This document shows, one piece after another, positions 38,468 through 47,729 of a stretch of 64,000 nucleotides of DNA; the stretch's first letter is position 1, and every line of letters begins with the position of its first letter. Position numbers and translations under genes: made by a program. The stretch spans positions 126,497-190,496 of the forward strand of contig CAWHQF010000020.1 in the NCBI GenBank assembly GCA_963831475.1, given 5' to 3'. Source of the stretch: an uncultured Alphaproteobacteria bacterium (GTDB lineage: Bacteria > Pseudomonadota > Alphaproteobacteria > Rhizobiales > Xanthobacteraceae). The notes under the pieces were generated by a model. It was not told where the DNA came from. It was given only the letters and a program-made list of their open reading frames with translations, and ran no database searches.

Positions 38468-39289
38468 TCAGCCCCAGAATGCCGGCCGCGCTTCCTTGAG
38501 AACGCCTCCGAGCCTCACGGGTGCAACTTTAAGGGCGAGCCCGCTTTTATCGTCCGTTTCGACCGCAAGGCCGCACAGCGTCGCCGGCCCGCTCGACGCC
38601 TCGAATTTCGCGCCCGGAAGCTTGCGCAGAAAACGATTGAGCGGCTCGTCCTTGTTCATGCCAATGATGAAATCGTAGTCGGCAGTCATGCCGACGTCCG
38701 ATACGAAAGCCGTTCCGGCCGGCAGGATTCGATCGTCGGCTGTCGGCGCATGGGTGTGCGTTCCGACAACGAGGCTTACGCGTCCGTCGGCAAAATAGCC
38801 CATCGCCTGCTTCTCGCTCGTCGCCTCACAATGAAAATCGATAATGATCGCGTCGGCGCCGGATCCGAGCGCGCAGGCAGCAAGCTCCCGCTCGATGGCC
38901 GCAAAAGGATCGTCAAGCGGGTCCATGAAGATCCGCCCCATCGCGTTGATCACGAGCACCCGCTTGCCGTTTTTTGCGTCAATCAATGCGGCCCCGCGCC
39001 CGGGCGTGCCCTTCGGGTAGTTCAGTGGACGAATGAGGCGCGGCGCGCGCTCGATGAATACCAGTGCCTCGCGCTGGTCCCAGGCATGGTTGCCGAGCGT
39101 GACCGCATCTGCACCAGCGTCAAGCAGTTCGTTGTAGATAGCTTCCGTGATTCCGAATCCGCCGGCGGCATTCTCGCCGTTGACAACCACGAGATCGAGC
39201 TTCCATTCGGATATAAGTTTCGGAAGCCGCTCGACGACAATGGCGCGTCCCGAGCGGCCGACAACGTCTCCGATGAAAATAATACGCAT
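38468..39289 (-). CDS. YmdB / TIGR00282 metallophosphoesterase
   Basis: GDVVGRSG, NGEN, GNH, DFHCEATSEK, GTHTH, DVGM. Confidence 0.93.
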   Translation of the reverse strand: MRIIFIGDVVGRSGRAIVVERLPKLISEWKLDLVVVNGENAAGGFGITEAIYNELLDAGADAVTLGNHAWDQREALVFIERAPRLIRPLNYPKGTPGRGAALIDAKNGKRVLVINAMGRIFMDPLDDPFAAIERELAACALGSGADAIIIDFHCEATSEKQAMGYFADGRVSLVVGTHTHAPTADDRILPAGTAFVSDVGMTADYDFIIGMNKDEPLNRFLRKLPGAKFEASSGPATLCGLAVETDDKSGLALKVAPVRLGGVLKEARPAFWG

Positions 39290-39293
39290 GCAA

Positions 39294-39881
39294 TTACTTT
39301 TCGCGGAAATCGATCACCTCGTGCTCAGTTAGCACGAGATCGAGGCGCGCGTCGCGCTCGGTGGCGGGAACAAGCGGAATCTCCTGCGCGGCGAATGCAA
39401 TGCCAACAGCGGTGACGGGTTTTTTGCTGCGTAGGGCATTTATGGTCATGTCGTAGTAGCCTGCGCCAAAACCGATGCGATGGCCTTGGCGGTCGAACGC
39501 GGCGAGCGGCACGATGAGAATGTCGGGCGCAACATCCGGCGCATCGGGCATCGGTTCGCGTATGCCCCACTGACCCGACCTGAGTGCATCACCAAATGTC
39601 CACGCTCGCATGATTAGAGGCTTGCCGCGTCCAGCAATGACCGGCAGCGCCAGACGCGCACCGGCATCCGCGAGCTTGCGCATGAGCGGAATCGGGCTGA
39701 TCTCGGATTTCATCGGCGAAAAGCCGGATACGACCGTATCGTGCCCGACGCTGACGGGGAACGGACGCTTGGCGATTGATTCCGCTGCGGCAGCGCGCAT
39801 TGCCGCCGGAAGGGCCTCGCGCAATTCGAGCGCCGTTGCGCGCAGCGATTCCTTTGATGGATTTCCAGCTGTCAGATTCAA
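39294..39881 (-). CDS. ygfA: 5-formyltetrahydrofolate cyclo-ligase
   Basis: GIREP, VPLAAFD..GHRIGFGAGYYD; start placed at TTG 39881, since the ORF-track extension runs into the 6S RNA. Confidence 0.92.
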   Translation of the reverse strand: MNLTAGNPSKESLRATALELREALPAAMRAAAAESIAKRPFPVSVGHDTVVSGFSPMKSEISPIPLMRKLADAGARLALPVIAGRGKPLIMRAWTFGDALRSGQWGIREPMPDAPDVAPDILIVPLAAFDRQGHRIGFGAGYYDMTINALRSKKPVTAVGIAFAAQEIPLVPATERDARLDLVLTEHEVIDFREK

Positions 39882-39952
39882 TATCGTTATACCTTCAAGG
39901 CGCGACCGACCCCTCGCCCATCGAGATGACGGCAAGAGATCGGTCAGAATTT

Positions 39953-40112
39953 GGTGCGGAGCCGCGATGGCCGTCGGAGCATCGATCCCGGGTTCCCTAC
40001 GAAAGTAGGTGGGCGCCATATGTCCGAGCCCACGAGCCCGGTCAGGGACAGCTCCCTTAGAGATCGATAAGGCCCCGGGGATACTGTCTCCTGACGCACC
40101 CCGCAGCCCCGC
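39953..40112 (-). ncRNA. ssrS: 6S RNA
   Basis: Canonical zapA-ssrS-ygfA location; long self-complementary rod (5' GGGCUGCGGGGUGCGUC pairs with 3' GACGGCCAUCGCGGCUC; CCCCGGGG/CCCGGG); ends approximate. Confidence 0.88.
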
Positions 40113-40165
40113 GAGGACCGAATGTAATGGTTATAGCGAGACCGCGCCACTCGTCGCGAAACCCG

Positions 40166-40552
40166 TTAACCGAGTGCGACGCCGCCATTGCCAACGGTCT
40201 GATTGAGTTTCTTGGTAATCCCTTCGATCCGCTCGGCCGCCGAATTGAAGGCCCCGACGACCGCATCGGATGCGGCCTTCGCACGGTCAGCGGCTACAAG
40301 ACGCGCATCCTGCAAGGCCGCTATTTCTTCGTCCAAACGCCGCATTTTTTGCGTCGCTTCGACCAATTGATCGGCGAGCATCAAAGCCGCCATCACGGTG
40401 AGTCGCGTGTCGCCGATCTCGCCGAACTTGCGCCGCAGATCGATTATGCGTTGATCAATGTCCTTTGCGAGCGACTGAAGGTGGTCTTCCTGACCGTCTT
40501 CGCATGCGAGACGGAATTGGCGACCTGCAATGGTGGCGTTGACCTGTGCCAT
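40166..40552 (-). CDS. zapA: Cell division protein ZapA
   Basis: I.GRQFRLACEDGQEDHL, RLTVMAAL. Confidence 0.92.
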   Translation of the reverse strand: MAQVNATIAGRQFRLACEDGQEDHLQSLAKDIDQRIIDLRRKFGEIGDTRLTVMAALMLADQLVEATQKMRRLDEEIAALQDARLVAADRAKAASDAVVGAFNSAAERIEGITKKLNQTVGNGGVALG

Positions 40553-40556
40553 CACG

Positions 40557-40835
40557 TCACTCGTTCAAATCCAGAACCGATTGAATCGAGGTAATCGCGG
40601 CATCCAGTCGCTCGGCGATTTCTCGATTGGTCGTTTCAAGGCGGCGCGAACGAGCAGTCTCGCCGTCGAGCGCGGCCGCAAGACGCGTGCGGTCGAGGCC
40701 CAGTGCCTGAACCTGGGCAGCGAGTTCTTCTTCGCTCCGATCAGCCTGCTTCCGCCGCTCGACCGCAGCATCGAGAGCGTCGAGCGCAAGCGCGAGACGC
40801 TTCACTGAGGCATCGATTGCACTTTGCTCCGACAT
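40557..40835 (-). CDS. DUF4164 coiled-coil protein (ZapB-like partner)
   Basis: Short all-coiled-coil ORF directly upstream of zapA. Confidence 0.8.
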   Translation of the reverse strand: MSEQSAIDASVKRLALALDALDAAVERRKQADRSEEELAAQVQALGLDRTRLAAALDGETARSRRLETTNREIAERLDAAITSIQSVLDLNE

Positions 40836-41034
40836 CGCTTCTGACCCGCACAAAAACTCTTGTAGCGGCAGTCATTTAGACAAAGAATCTTACGTGCTGC
40901 GCGACCATGACGTCAACGCTTGGCGGACGATTTGCCCAGCTGTTTTCGATCCCTGTGAATGGCGGATCGAGACCATGCCGGTCACATTGACTCAAGGGCC
41001 TCACATGCTATCCACCCGCTAAAAGGCCCATTCC

Positions 41035-43092
41035 ATGAGCGTAAAAGCCTCGCCGATGGCAGCCGCGACGCCCAATGAGCGCCGCGACCAGTCGGTCGCT
41101 AACCCCGCCGTTGCCCATGCGAGCATGGCGAACGCCATCCGCGCTCTCGCGATGGACGCCGTGGAACAGGCCAAATCGGGTCATCCCGGCATGCCAATGG
41201 GGATGGCCGACGTGGCGACCGTAGCCTTCACCCGCTTTCTGAAATTCGACCCGGCCGACCCGGCTTGGCCCGACCGAGATCGCTTCGTGCTCTCGGCCGG
41301 CCACGGTTCGATGCTGATGTATGCCCTGCTCTACCTCACCGGCTACGAGGCGATGACGATCGAACAGATCAAGCGCTTTCGCCAGCTGGGCTCGAATACG
41401 CCCGGACATCCCGAATATGGCCACACGCCTGGCGTCGAGACCACCACCGGTCCGCTCGGACAGGGACTCGCAAATTCAGTTGGCATGGCCATTGCCGAGA
41501 AACATCTCGCGGCGACCTTCGGAGGCGAAATCGTCAATCACAGGACGTACGTCATCGCCTCGGACGGCGATCTGATGGAGGGAATCAGTCAGGAAGCGAT
41601 TGCGCTCGCGGGTCATCTCAAGCTCAACAAGCTAATCGTCCTGTTCGACGACAACGGCATCTCCATCGACGGCGCCCTGTCGCTCGCCGACAGCGTCGAT
41701 CAAGTCAAACGTTTCGAAGCCGCAGGCTGGAATGCCTGGCGCATCGACGGGCACGACCCGGCAGCAATCAACGCAGCACTTGAGAAGGCGCAGACGTCCG
41801 AGAGGCCCGTGCTGATTGCCTGCAAGACCAAGATCGGATTCGGCGCGCCGACAAAGCAAGGCTCGGAAAAATCCCACGGTTCGCCGCTCGGCGCCGAAGA
41901 AATTGCGGGCGCGCGCAAGGCACTCGGCTGGACATTCGCGCCTTTCGAAGTGCCGGCAGACATACTGAAAGCCTGGCGAACGGCGGGCGCGCGCTCAAGG
42001 CATGTGCACGCTGAGTGGAACAAACGTCTCGCCGCGCTCGAGAGCGCGAAAAGAAACGAGTTCGAACGCCGCATGAAGGGTAACGTGCCGATGCAAGCGC
42101 TCGCAGATGCGGCATGCGCGGTGAAAGCCAAACTTGCGGCGCAGCCAAAGGACATCGCGACGCGGACCGCTTGCGAATTCGCGCTCGAGAGTCTGATCCC
42201 GGCACTGCCGGAAATGGTCGGCGGCTCGGCTGACCTCACGGGCTCGAACAATACGCGCATCAAGGGCATGAAGGCGATTTCGGCGGACGATTTCTCGGGC
42301 CGCTTCATCCACTACGGCGTACGTGAACACGGAATGGCGGCGGCCATGAACGGCATGGCGCTGCATGGCGGTATCATCCCCTATTCCGGGACGTTCCTTG
42401 TGTTTTCGGATTACTGCAGACCGGCAATCAGGCTTGCCGCGCTGATCGGCAAGCGGGTGATCCATGTCATGACGCACGACTCCATCGGTCTTGGCGAAGA
42501 CGGCCCGACGCATCAGCCCGTCGAGCAACTTGCCGCACTTCGGGCGATTCCGAACTTGCTGGTATTCCGCCCTTGCGATGCGGTCGAAACCGTCGAGTGC
42601 TGGCAACTTGCTCTCGAAGCCGGTGGCAGGCCAAGCATACTTGCGCTCACACGCCAGAATTTGCCGCAGTTGCGCAATCGGCTCGACGAAGAGAATATTT
42701 GCGCACAGGGCGCTTACGAAATTGCCGGTCCGGACGGGCACTCGGACGTTTCCATTTTTGCAACCGGCTCCGAAGTCGCAATTGCCGTCGATGGCGCAAA
42801 GCTCCTCGCAGAGCGCGGCGTTGCCGCGCGCGTAGTTTCGGTTCCCTGCTTCGAGCTTTTTATGGAGCAGAAAGACGAGTACCGCCGCGCGATCGTCGGT
42901 GACGCGAAGGTCAAGATCGGCGTTGAAGCCGCGGTGCGCCAGGGCTGGGATGCAATCATCGGCTCCGATGGAATCTTCGTCGGCATGAATTCTTTCGGCG
43001 CCAGCGCGCCGTATAAGGAACTGTACAAGAAGTTCGGGATTACCGCGGAAATGCTCGCCGGCGCTGCGCTGGCAAAGCTTGGGAAGATGTAG
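41035..43092 (+). CDS. tkt: Transketolase
   Basis: [44 protein letters not shown]; start uncertain. Confidence 0.97.
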   Translation: MSVKASPMAAATPNERRDQSVANPAVAHASMANAIRALAMDAVEQAKSGHPGMPMGMADVATVAFTRFLKFDPADPAWPDRDRFVLSAGHGSMLMYALLYLTGYEAMTIEQIKRFRQLGSNTPGHPEYGHTPGVETTTGPLGQGLANSVGMAIAEKHLAATFGGEIVNHRTYVIASDGDLMEGISQEAIALAGHLKLNKLIVLFDDNGISIDGALSLADSVDQVKRFEAAGWNAWRIDGHDPAAINAALEKAQTSERPVLIACKTKIGFGAPTKQGSEKSHGSPLGAEEIAGARKALGWTFAPFEVPADILKAWRTAGARSRHVHAEWNKRLAALESAKRNEFERRMKGNVPMQALADAACAVKAKLAAQPKDIATRTACEFALESLIPALPEMVGGSADLTGSNNTRIKGMKAISADDFSGRFIHYGVREHGMAAAMNGMALHGGIIPYSGTFLVFSDYCRPAIRLAALIGKRVIHVMTHDSIGLGEDGPTHQPVEQLAALRAIPNLLVFRPCDAVETVECWQLALEAGGRPSILALTRQNLPQLRNRLDEENICAQGAYEIAGPDGHSDVSIFATGSEVAIAVDGAKLLAERGVAARVVSVPCFELFMEQKDEYRRAIVGDAKVKIGVEAAVRQGWDAIIGSDGIFVGMNSFGASAPYKELYKKFGITAEMLAGAALAKLGKM

Positions 43093-43160
43093 TCAATGAC
43101 TATATGTCATGCCGTGATTACTAGCGGCCGTGGCAGATTGAATAAGCCGGGAGTAAGTCC

Positions 43161-44168
43161 ATGACAGTACGGGTTGCCATTAACGGATTTGGCCGTATCG
43201 GCCGCAATATCCTGCGCGCCATTGCCGAAGCCGATCGTAAGGACATCGAGGTTGTTGCCATTAACGACCTCGGTCCGGTCGAAACCAACGCGCATCTGCT
43301 GCGATATGACAGCGTGCACGGCCGCTTTCCCGGCAACGTTACGGTCAAGGGCAACTCGATCAGCATCGGAAACGGCGCCATCAAGGTCACCGCCGAGCGC
43401 GATCCGTCAAAGCTGCCGTGGAAGGATCTCGGCGTGGACATCGCGCTCGAGTGCACCGGCCTGTTCACCGCTAAGGACAAGGCGTCAGCACATCTGACCG
43501 CAGGCGCAAAGCGTGTGCTGGTCTCTGCCCCCGCAGACGGGGCCGATCTTACTGTTGTCTTCGGCGTCAACCATGACAAGCTGACCAAGGATCACAAGGT
43601 CGTCTCCAACGGCTCCTGCACAACCAATTGCCTTGCTCCGGTTGCCAAGGTGCTCAACGATGCGGTCGGCATCGAGACGGGATTCATGACCACGATCCAC
43701 GCCTATACGGGCGACCAGCCGACTCTCGATACAATGCATAAGGATCTCTACCGCGGGCGTGCGGCCGCATTGTCGATGATCCCGACCTCGACCGGTGCCG
43801 CCAAGGCCATCGGGCTCGTGTTACCGGAACTCAAGGGCAAGCTCGACGGCGCCGCCATCCGAGTGCCGACGCCGAATGTCTCGGTGATCGACCTGAAGAT
43901 TGTCGCAAAGAGGCCGACGAGCAAGGAAGAGGTCAACGACGCCATGAAGCGGGCTTCGGAGCAGCAGCTCAAGGGCATCCTCACTTATACAAACGATCCA
44001 AATGTCTCGATCGACTTCAATCACGATCCGCATTCGTCCACGTTTCACATGGACCAGACCAAGGTCATGAACGGCACGCTGGTGCGCGTGATGTCCTGGT
44101 ACGACAACGAGTGGGGCTTCTCCAACCGCATGGCGGACACCGCCGTCGCGATAGGGAAGCTGATTTAG
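43161..44168 (+). CDS. gap: Type I glyceraldehyde-3-phosphate dehydrogenase
   Basis: [23 protein letters not shown]. Confidence 0.98.
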   Translation: MTVRVAINGFGRIGRNILRAIAEADRKDIEVVAINDLGPVETNAHLLRYDSVHGRFPGNVTVKGNSISIGNGAIKVTAERDPSKLPWKDLGVDIALECTGLFTAKDKASAHLTAGAKRVLVSAPADGADLTVVFGVNHDKLTKDHKVVSNGSCTTNCLAPVAKVLNDAVGIETGFMTTIHAYTGDQPTLDTMHKDLYRGRAAALSMIPTSTGAAKAIGLVLPELKGKLDGAAIRVPTPNVSVIDLKIVAKRPTSKEEVNDAMKRASEQQLKGILTYTNDPNVSIDFNHDPHSSTFHMDQTKVMNGTLVRVMSWYDNEWGFSNRMADTAVAIGKLI

Positions 44169-44182
44169 TGAACCCTTGATTT

Positions 44183-44270
44183 TCGTGCGCGGCCTCGTGC
44201 CGCATATCCACGTCTTGCGTTTGCTGGATTTGCGAAGACGTGGATGGTGGCGACAAGCCCGGTCATGACG
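44183..44270. repeat. REP-like palindromic element
   Basis: ATCCACGTCTT...AAGACGTGGAT inner stem; right arm GGTGGCGACAAGCCCGGTCATGACG. Confidence 0.75.
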
Positions 44271-44283
44271 ACTGAGTGTTGCA

Positions 44284-45477
44284 ATGGATAAGTTTCGTAC
44301 CCTCGACCAAATCGATGTAAAGGGAAAACGCGTTCTCGTGCGCGTCGACCTCAATGTACCGGTGGAAAATGGCGTGGTCACGGATGCAACGCGCATCGAG
44401 CGCATAGCGCCGGCGATAACCGAAATCGCCGACAAGGGCGGCAAAGTCATTCTACTTTCACATTTCGGCCGGCCGAAGGGGCGCGATCCAAAACAATCGC
44501 TGAAACCAGTCGCCGCGGAAGTCGCGCGTATTATCAAGCGCCCGGTTAAGTTTGCAGACGACTGCATCGGTGAGCGGGCGGCCCGCGCGGTGGCCGCGAT
44601 GAAGCCGGGTGACATCCTCTGTCTCGAAAACACGCGGTTTCATGCCGGCGAAGAGAAAAACGACCCGGCATTCGTGGACGAACTGGCAAAGCTCGGGGAC
44701 ATCTGGGTAAACGATGCTTTTTCGGCTTCACATCGAGCACACGCTTCGACCGAGGGCCTCGGCCATAAACTCCCGGCCTATGCAGGGCGGACGATGCAAG
44801 CGGAGCTTGACGCACTTTCGAAAGCTCTCGATCACCCGGAGCGGCCGCTGGCTGCAATTGTCGGCGGCGCGAAGATTTCAACCAAGCTCGATTTGCTCGG
44901 TAATCTTCTCGACAAAGTCGATACGCTGATCATCGGCGGAGCGATGGCCAATACTTTTCTGCTCGCACAAGGAAAGAAGACCGGCAAGTCGCTGGTCGAG
45001 TCCGACCTTGCCGGTACCGCGCGGGAAATCCTGGCCAAGGCCAAGACGGCGAGACGCGAAATCGTTCTGCCAGCCGACGTTGTGGTGGCGGAAAAATTTG
45101 CGGCACACGCGCCCTCACGTGTCACCGATATCGACGCGGTGAACGACAACGACATGATCCTTGATATCGGGCCCCGCAGCGTCGAGTACGTCGTCTCTGT
45201 GCTTGAGCGCGCAAAAACATTGGTATGGAACGGTCCATTCGGAGCCTTCGAAATGGAACCGTTCGACACAGGCACGATTGAAGTTGCCGAAGCCGCGGCG
45301 GAACTCAGCACAGCCGGAAATCTTGTCTCAGTCGCAGGCGGTGGCGATACGGTGGCCGCCCTCAATGCCGCTGGCGCCGCCGATCGCCTCACCTATGTTT
45401 CGACCGCCGGCGGCGCTTTTCTGGAATGGCTGGAAGGCAAGGCCTTGCCGGGAGTCGAGGTGTTGCGGGTAAAATGA
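44284..45477 (+). CDS. pgk: Phosphoglycerate kinase
   Basis: RVDLNVP, SHFGRP, LENTRF, GGAK, WNGP, GGGDT, STAGGA. Confidence 0.98.
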   Translation: MDKFRTLDQIDVKGKRVLVRVDLNVPVENGVVTDATRIERIAPAITEIADKGGKVILLSHFGRPKGRDPKQSLKPVAAEVARIIKRPVKFADDCIGERAARAVAAMKPGDILCLENTRFHAGEEKNDPAFVDELAKLGDIWVNDAFSASHRAHASTEGLGHKLPAYAGRTMQAELDALSKALDHPERPLAAIVGGAKISTKLDLLGNLLDKVDTLIIGGAMANTFLLAQGKKTGKSLVESDLAGTAREILAKAKTARREIVLPADVVVAEKFAAHAPSRVTDIDAVNDNDMILDIGPRSVEYVVSVLERAKTLVWNGPFGAFEMEPFDTGTIEVAEAAAELSTAGNLVSVAGGGDTVAALNAAGAADRLTYVSTAGGAFLEWLEGKALPGVEVLRVK

Positions 45478-45523
45478 TATTGAGCGGAACCATCCGGGGG
45501 GAACGGATGCGATGGAGGGAAGC

Positions 45524-46546
45524 ATGAATCTCGATGAGCTGAACAAAATCGCGCAAGCGATGGTGGCGCCCGGCAAGGGCATACTGGCCGCAGATAAATC
45601 ATCCGGCACCATCAAGAAGCGCTTCGATGTCATTGGCGTCGAATCAACGGAAAACAGCCGCCGCGATTACCGCGAGATGCTCTTTCGTTCAGCCGATGGA
45701 ATGAAACACATTTCCGGAGTCATCCTCTATGATGAGACTATCTGGCAGAAGGCGCAGGACGGCACACCGCTCGTCGAGCTGATCAAAAGAGCGGGTGCAA
45801 TTCCCGGCATCAAAGTCGATGAAGGGACAAAGCCGCTTCCCTTCTGCCCTGGCGAGGTCGTCACGGCCGGGCTAGACAAACTTTCCGAACGCCTGCCGAA
45901 ATATTATGAACAGGGCGCGCGGTTTGCAAAGTGGCGCGCGGTGATCGACATTGGCGCCGGCATTCCGACTTACACCTGCATCCGTACCAACGCGCACGCG
46001 CTGGCCCGCTACGCCGCACTTTGTCAGACCAATCAGATAGTGCCGATCGTCGAGCCGGAAGTTCTTATGGACGGCGACCACGACATCGACCGTTGTTATC
46101 AAGTGACCGAACTGATGCTCAAGATTCAATTCGAGGAACTCTATTTTCAGCGCGTCGCCCTTGAGGGGATGGTGCTGAAGCCGAACATGGTCATTGCCGG
46201 CAAGAAAAGCGCTAAAAAGTCGGGGGTCAGTGAGGTCGCAGAGAAGACGGTGAAACTCCTGAAAGCCTGTGTACCGGCTTCAGTTCCCGGTATCGCATTC
46301 CTGTCCGGCGGGCAAAGCGACGAGGAGGCTACCGCACATCTCGATGCGATGAACAAGATCGGCAATTTGCCATGGAAGCTTACGTTCTCGTATGGTCGCG
46401 CCCTCCAGCACGCGCCACAGACGACATGGAAGGGGAAAACTGAGAACGTCGCCGCCGCGCAGCGTGCCTTCTCACATCGCGCCAGGATGAACGGGCTTGC
46501 CGCGCTCGGCCAATGGAAATCCGATATGGAGAAAAAGGCGGCATGA
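45524..46546 (+). CDS. fba: Class I fructose-bisphosphate aldolase
   Basis: GKGILAAD, GIKVD, FAKWR, PIVEPE, LKPNM, FLSGGQ, FSYGRAL. Confidence 0.95.
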   Translation: MNLDELNKIAQAMVAPGKGILAADKSSGTIKKRFDVIGVESTENSRRDYREMLFRSADGMKHISGVILYDETIWQKAQDGTPLVELIKRAGAIPGIKVDEGTKPLPFCPGEVVTAGLDKLSERLPKYYEQGARFAKWRAVIDIGAGIPTYTCIRTNAHALARYAALCQTNQIVPIVEPEVLMDGDHDIDRCYQVTELMLKIQFEELYFQRVALEGMVLKPNMVIAGKKSAKKSGVSEVAEKTVKLLKACVPASVPGIAFLSGGQSDEEATAHLDAMNKIGNLPWKLTFSYGRALQHAPQTTWKGKTENVAAAQRAFSHRARMNGLAALGQWKSDMEKKAA

Positions 46547-46550
46547 CGTG

Positions 46551-46580
46551 CAAAAGGCTGCGCCACAGCGCAGCCTTTTG
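46551..46580. terminator. Bidirectional intrinsic terminator
   Basis: CAAAAGGCTGCGC-CACA-GCGCAGCCTTTTG between convergent genes. Confidence 0.85.
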
Positions 46581-46606
46581 GCTTTTTGACCCCGTTGCGT
46601 GCGGGA

Positions 46607-46888
46607 TCAGTCGCAATTGGTTTTTTGTACTGTCTTCGAACCGGCCTCGTCTTCCTTATGCACGGTCTTGGATGTGCAATCGCCGGAGCCATAGGTCTCC
46701 TTGGTTATGGTCTTCTTTTCCGCACTGGGAAGGGCCTTGTGCTCCTCCACAGTGACCGGGGCGCCGGGATGGTCGTGCTCGATCACAATCGCGGGATCGT
46801 GCCTCTCCTCGATGACCGTCTGTGCATTGGCGGAAATCATGCCGGCCGCACTCGCGGCTAGCGCAAGCGCAAGGACGTTGAGCTTCAT
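46607..46888 (-). CDS. Small secreted hypothetical protein
   Basis: AGGAGG RBS; signal peptide ending ANA; Thr/Lys/Val-rich; two Cys. Confidence 0.8.
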   Translation of the reverse strand: MKLNVLALALAASAAGMISANAQTVIEERHDPAIVIEHDHPGAPVTVEEHKALPSAEKKTITKETYGSGDCTSKTVHKEDEAGSKTVQKTNCD

Positions 46889-46974
46889 GGTCGCCTCCTG
46901 CTAAGAACCTCGCCTGTCAACGCCTCCCCCGCCCCGACGTTCCGAATTTTCCAGCACAAGCAAGGACACGAAAC

Positions 46975-47607
46975 GTGATTGATCTTTACACTTGGACGAC
47001 TCCCAACGGTCGCAAGATTGCAATCGCTCTCGAAGAATTGGGGTTGCCCTACACCGTCCATCCGATCGACATTTCCAAGGATGAGCAGTTTTCTCCGGAG
47101 TTCCTGAAGATTGCGCCGAACAATCGCATTCCCGCTATCGTTGACCGCGACACAAATATTGCACTGATGGAATCAGGCGCGATTCTGATCTACCTCGCGG
47201 AGAAAACCGGCAAGCTGATGCCGAAATCCGGTGAAGGGCGTTACCGCGTGATCGAATGGCTGATGTGGCAAATGGGCGGGCCAGGACCCATGCTCGGTCA
47301 GGTGCACCACTTCGTGAAGTACAACAAAGGGAAGGCTCCTTACGCCGAGGAGCGTTATCTCAAGGAAGCGCACCGCCTTTACAAGGTGCTCAATACTCGG
47401 CTTGAGGGGCGCGAATTCGTCGCCGATCAGTATTCGGTCGCCGACATTGCGATTTGGCCGTGGATATCACGATTTGAATGGCAAACGATTGATATGAAGC
47501 AGTTCCCCAATGTCAGGCGATGGTACGAATCCATTGCCGCCCGTCCAGCTGTTCAAAAAGGCTACAGGGTGCCAAAGGACATGGGTCCTATTCCAATGCC
47601 GGCCTGA
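46975..47607 (+). CDS. Glutathione S-transferase, Nu/YfcG-like
   Basis: TPNG, PNNRIPAIVD, ESGAIL.YLAEK, GPMLGQ..HF. Confidence 0.92.
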   Translation: MIDLYTWTTPNGRKIAIALEELGLPYTVHPIDISKDEQFSPEFLKIAPNNRIPAIVDRDTNIALMESGAILIYLAEKTGKLMPKSGEGRYRVIEWLMWQMGGPGPMLGQVHHFVKYNKGKAPYAEERYLKEAHRLYKVLNTRLEGREFVADQYSVADIAIWPWISRFEWQTIDMKQFPNVRRWYESIAARPAVQKGYRVPKDMGPIPMPA

Positions 47608-47729
47608 CAGCCGCACAACCCGGCTTGGACGAAAGGTCCACAGACGAATAATCTCTCCTATGATTCGCCGGCGGCAACGCCGGCGAGGTGATGTCGCGTT
47701 CGGACCGAATTCGGCACGTCGTCGAGGCC

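Noticed and set aside
39882-40019. N-terminal extension of ygfA in the ORF track
   Set aside because: Overlaps the 6S RNA; family similarity begins near SKESLR
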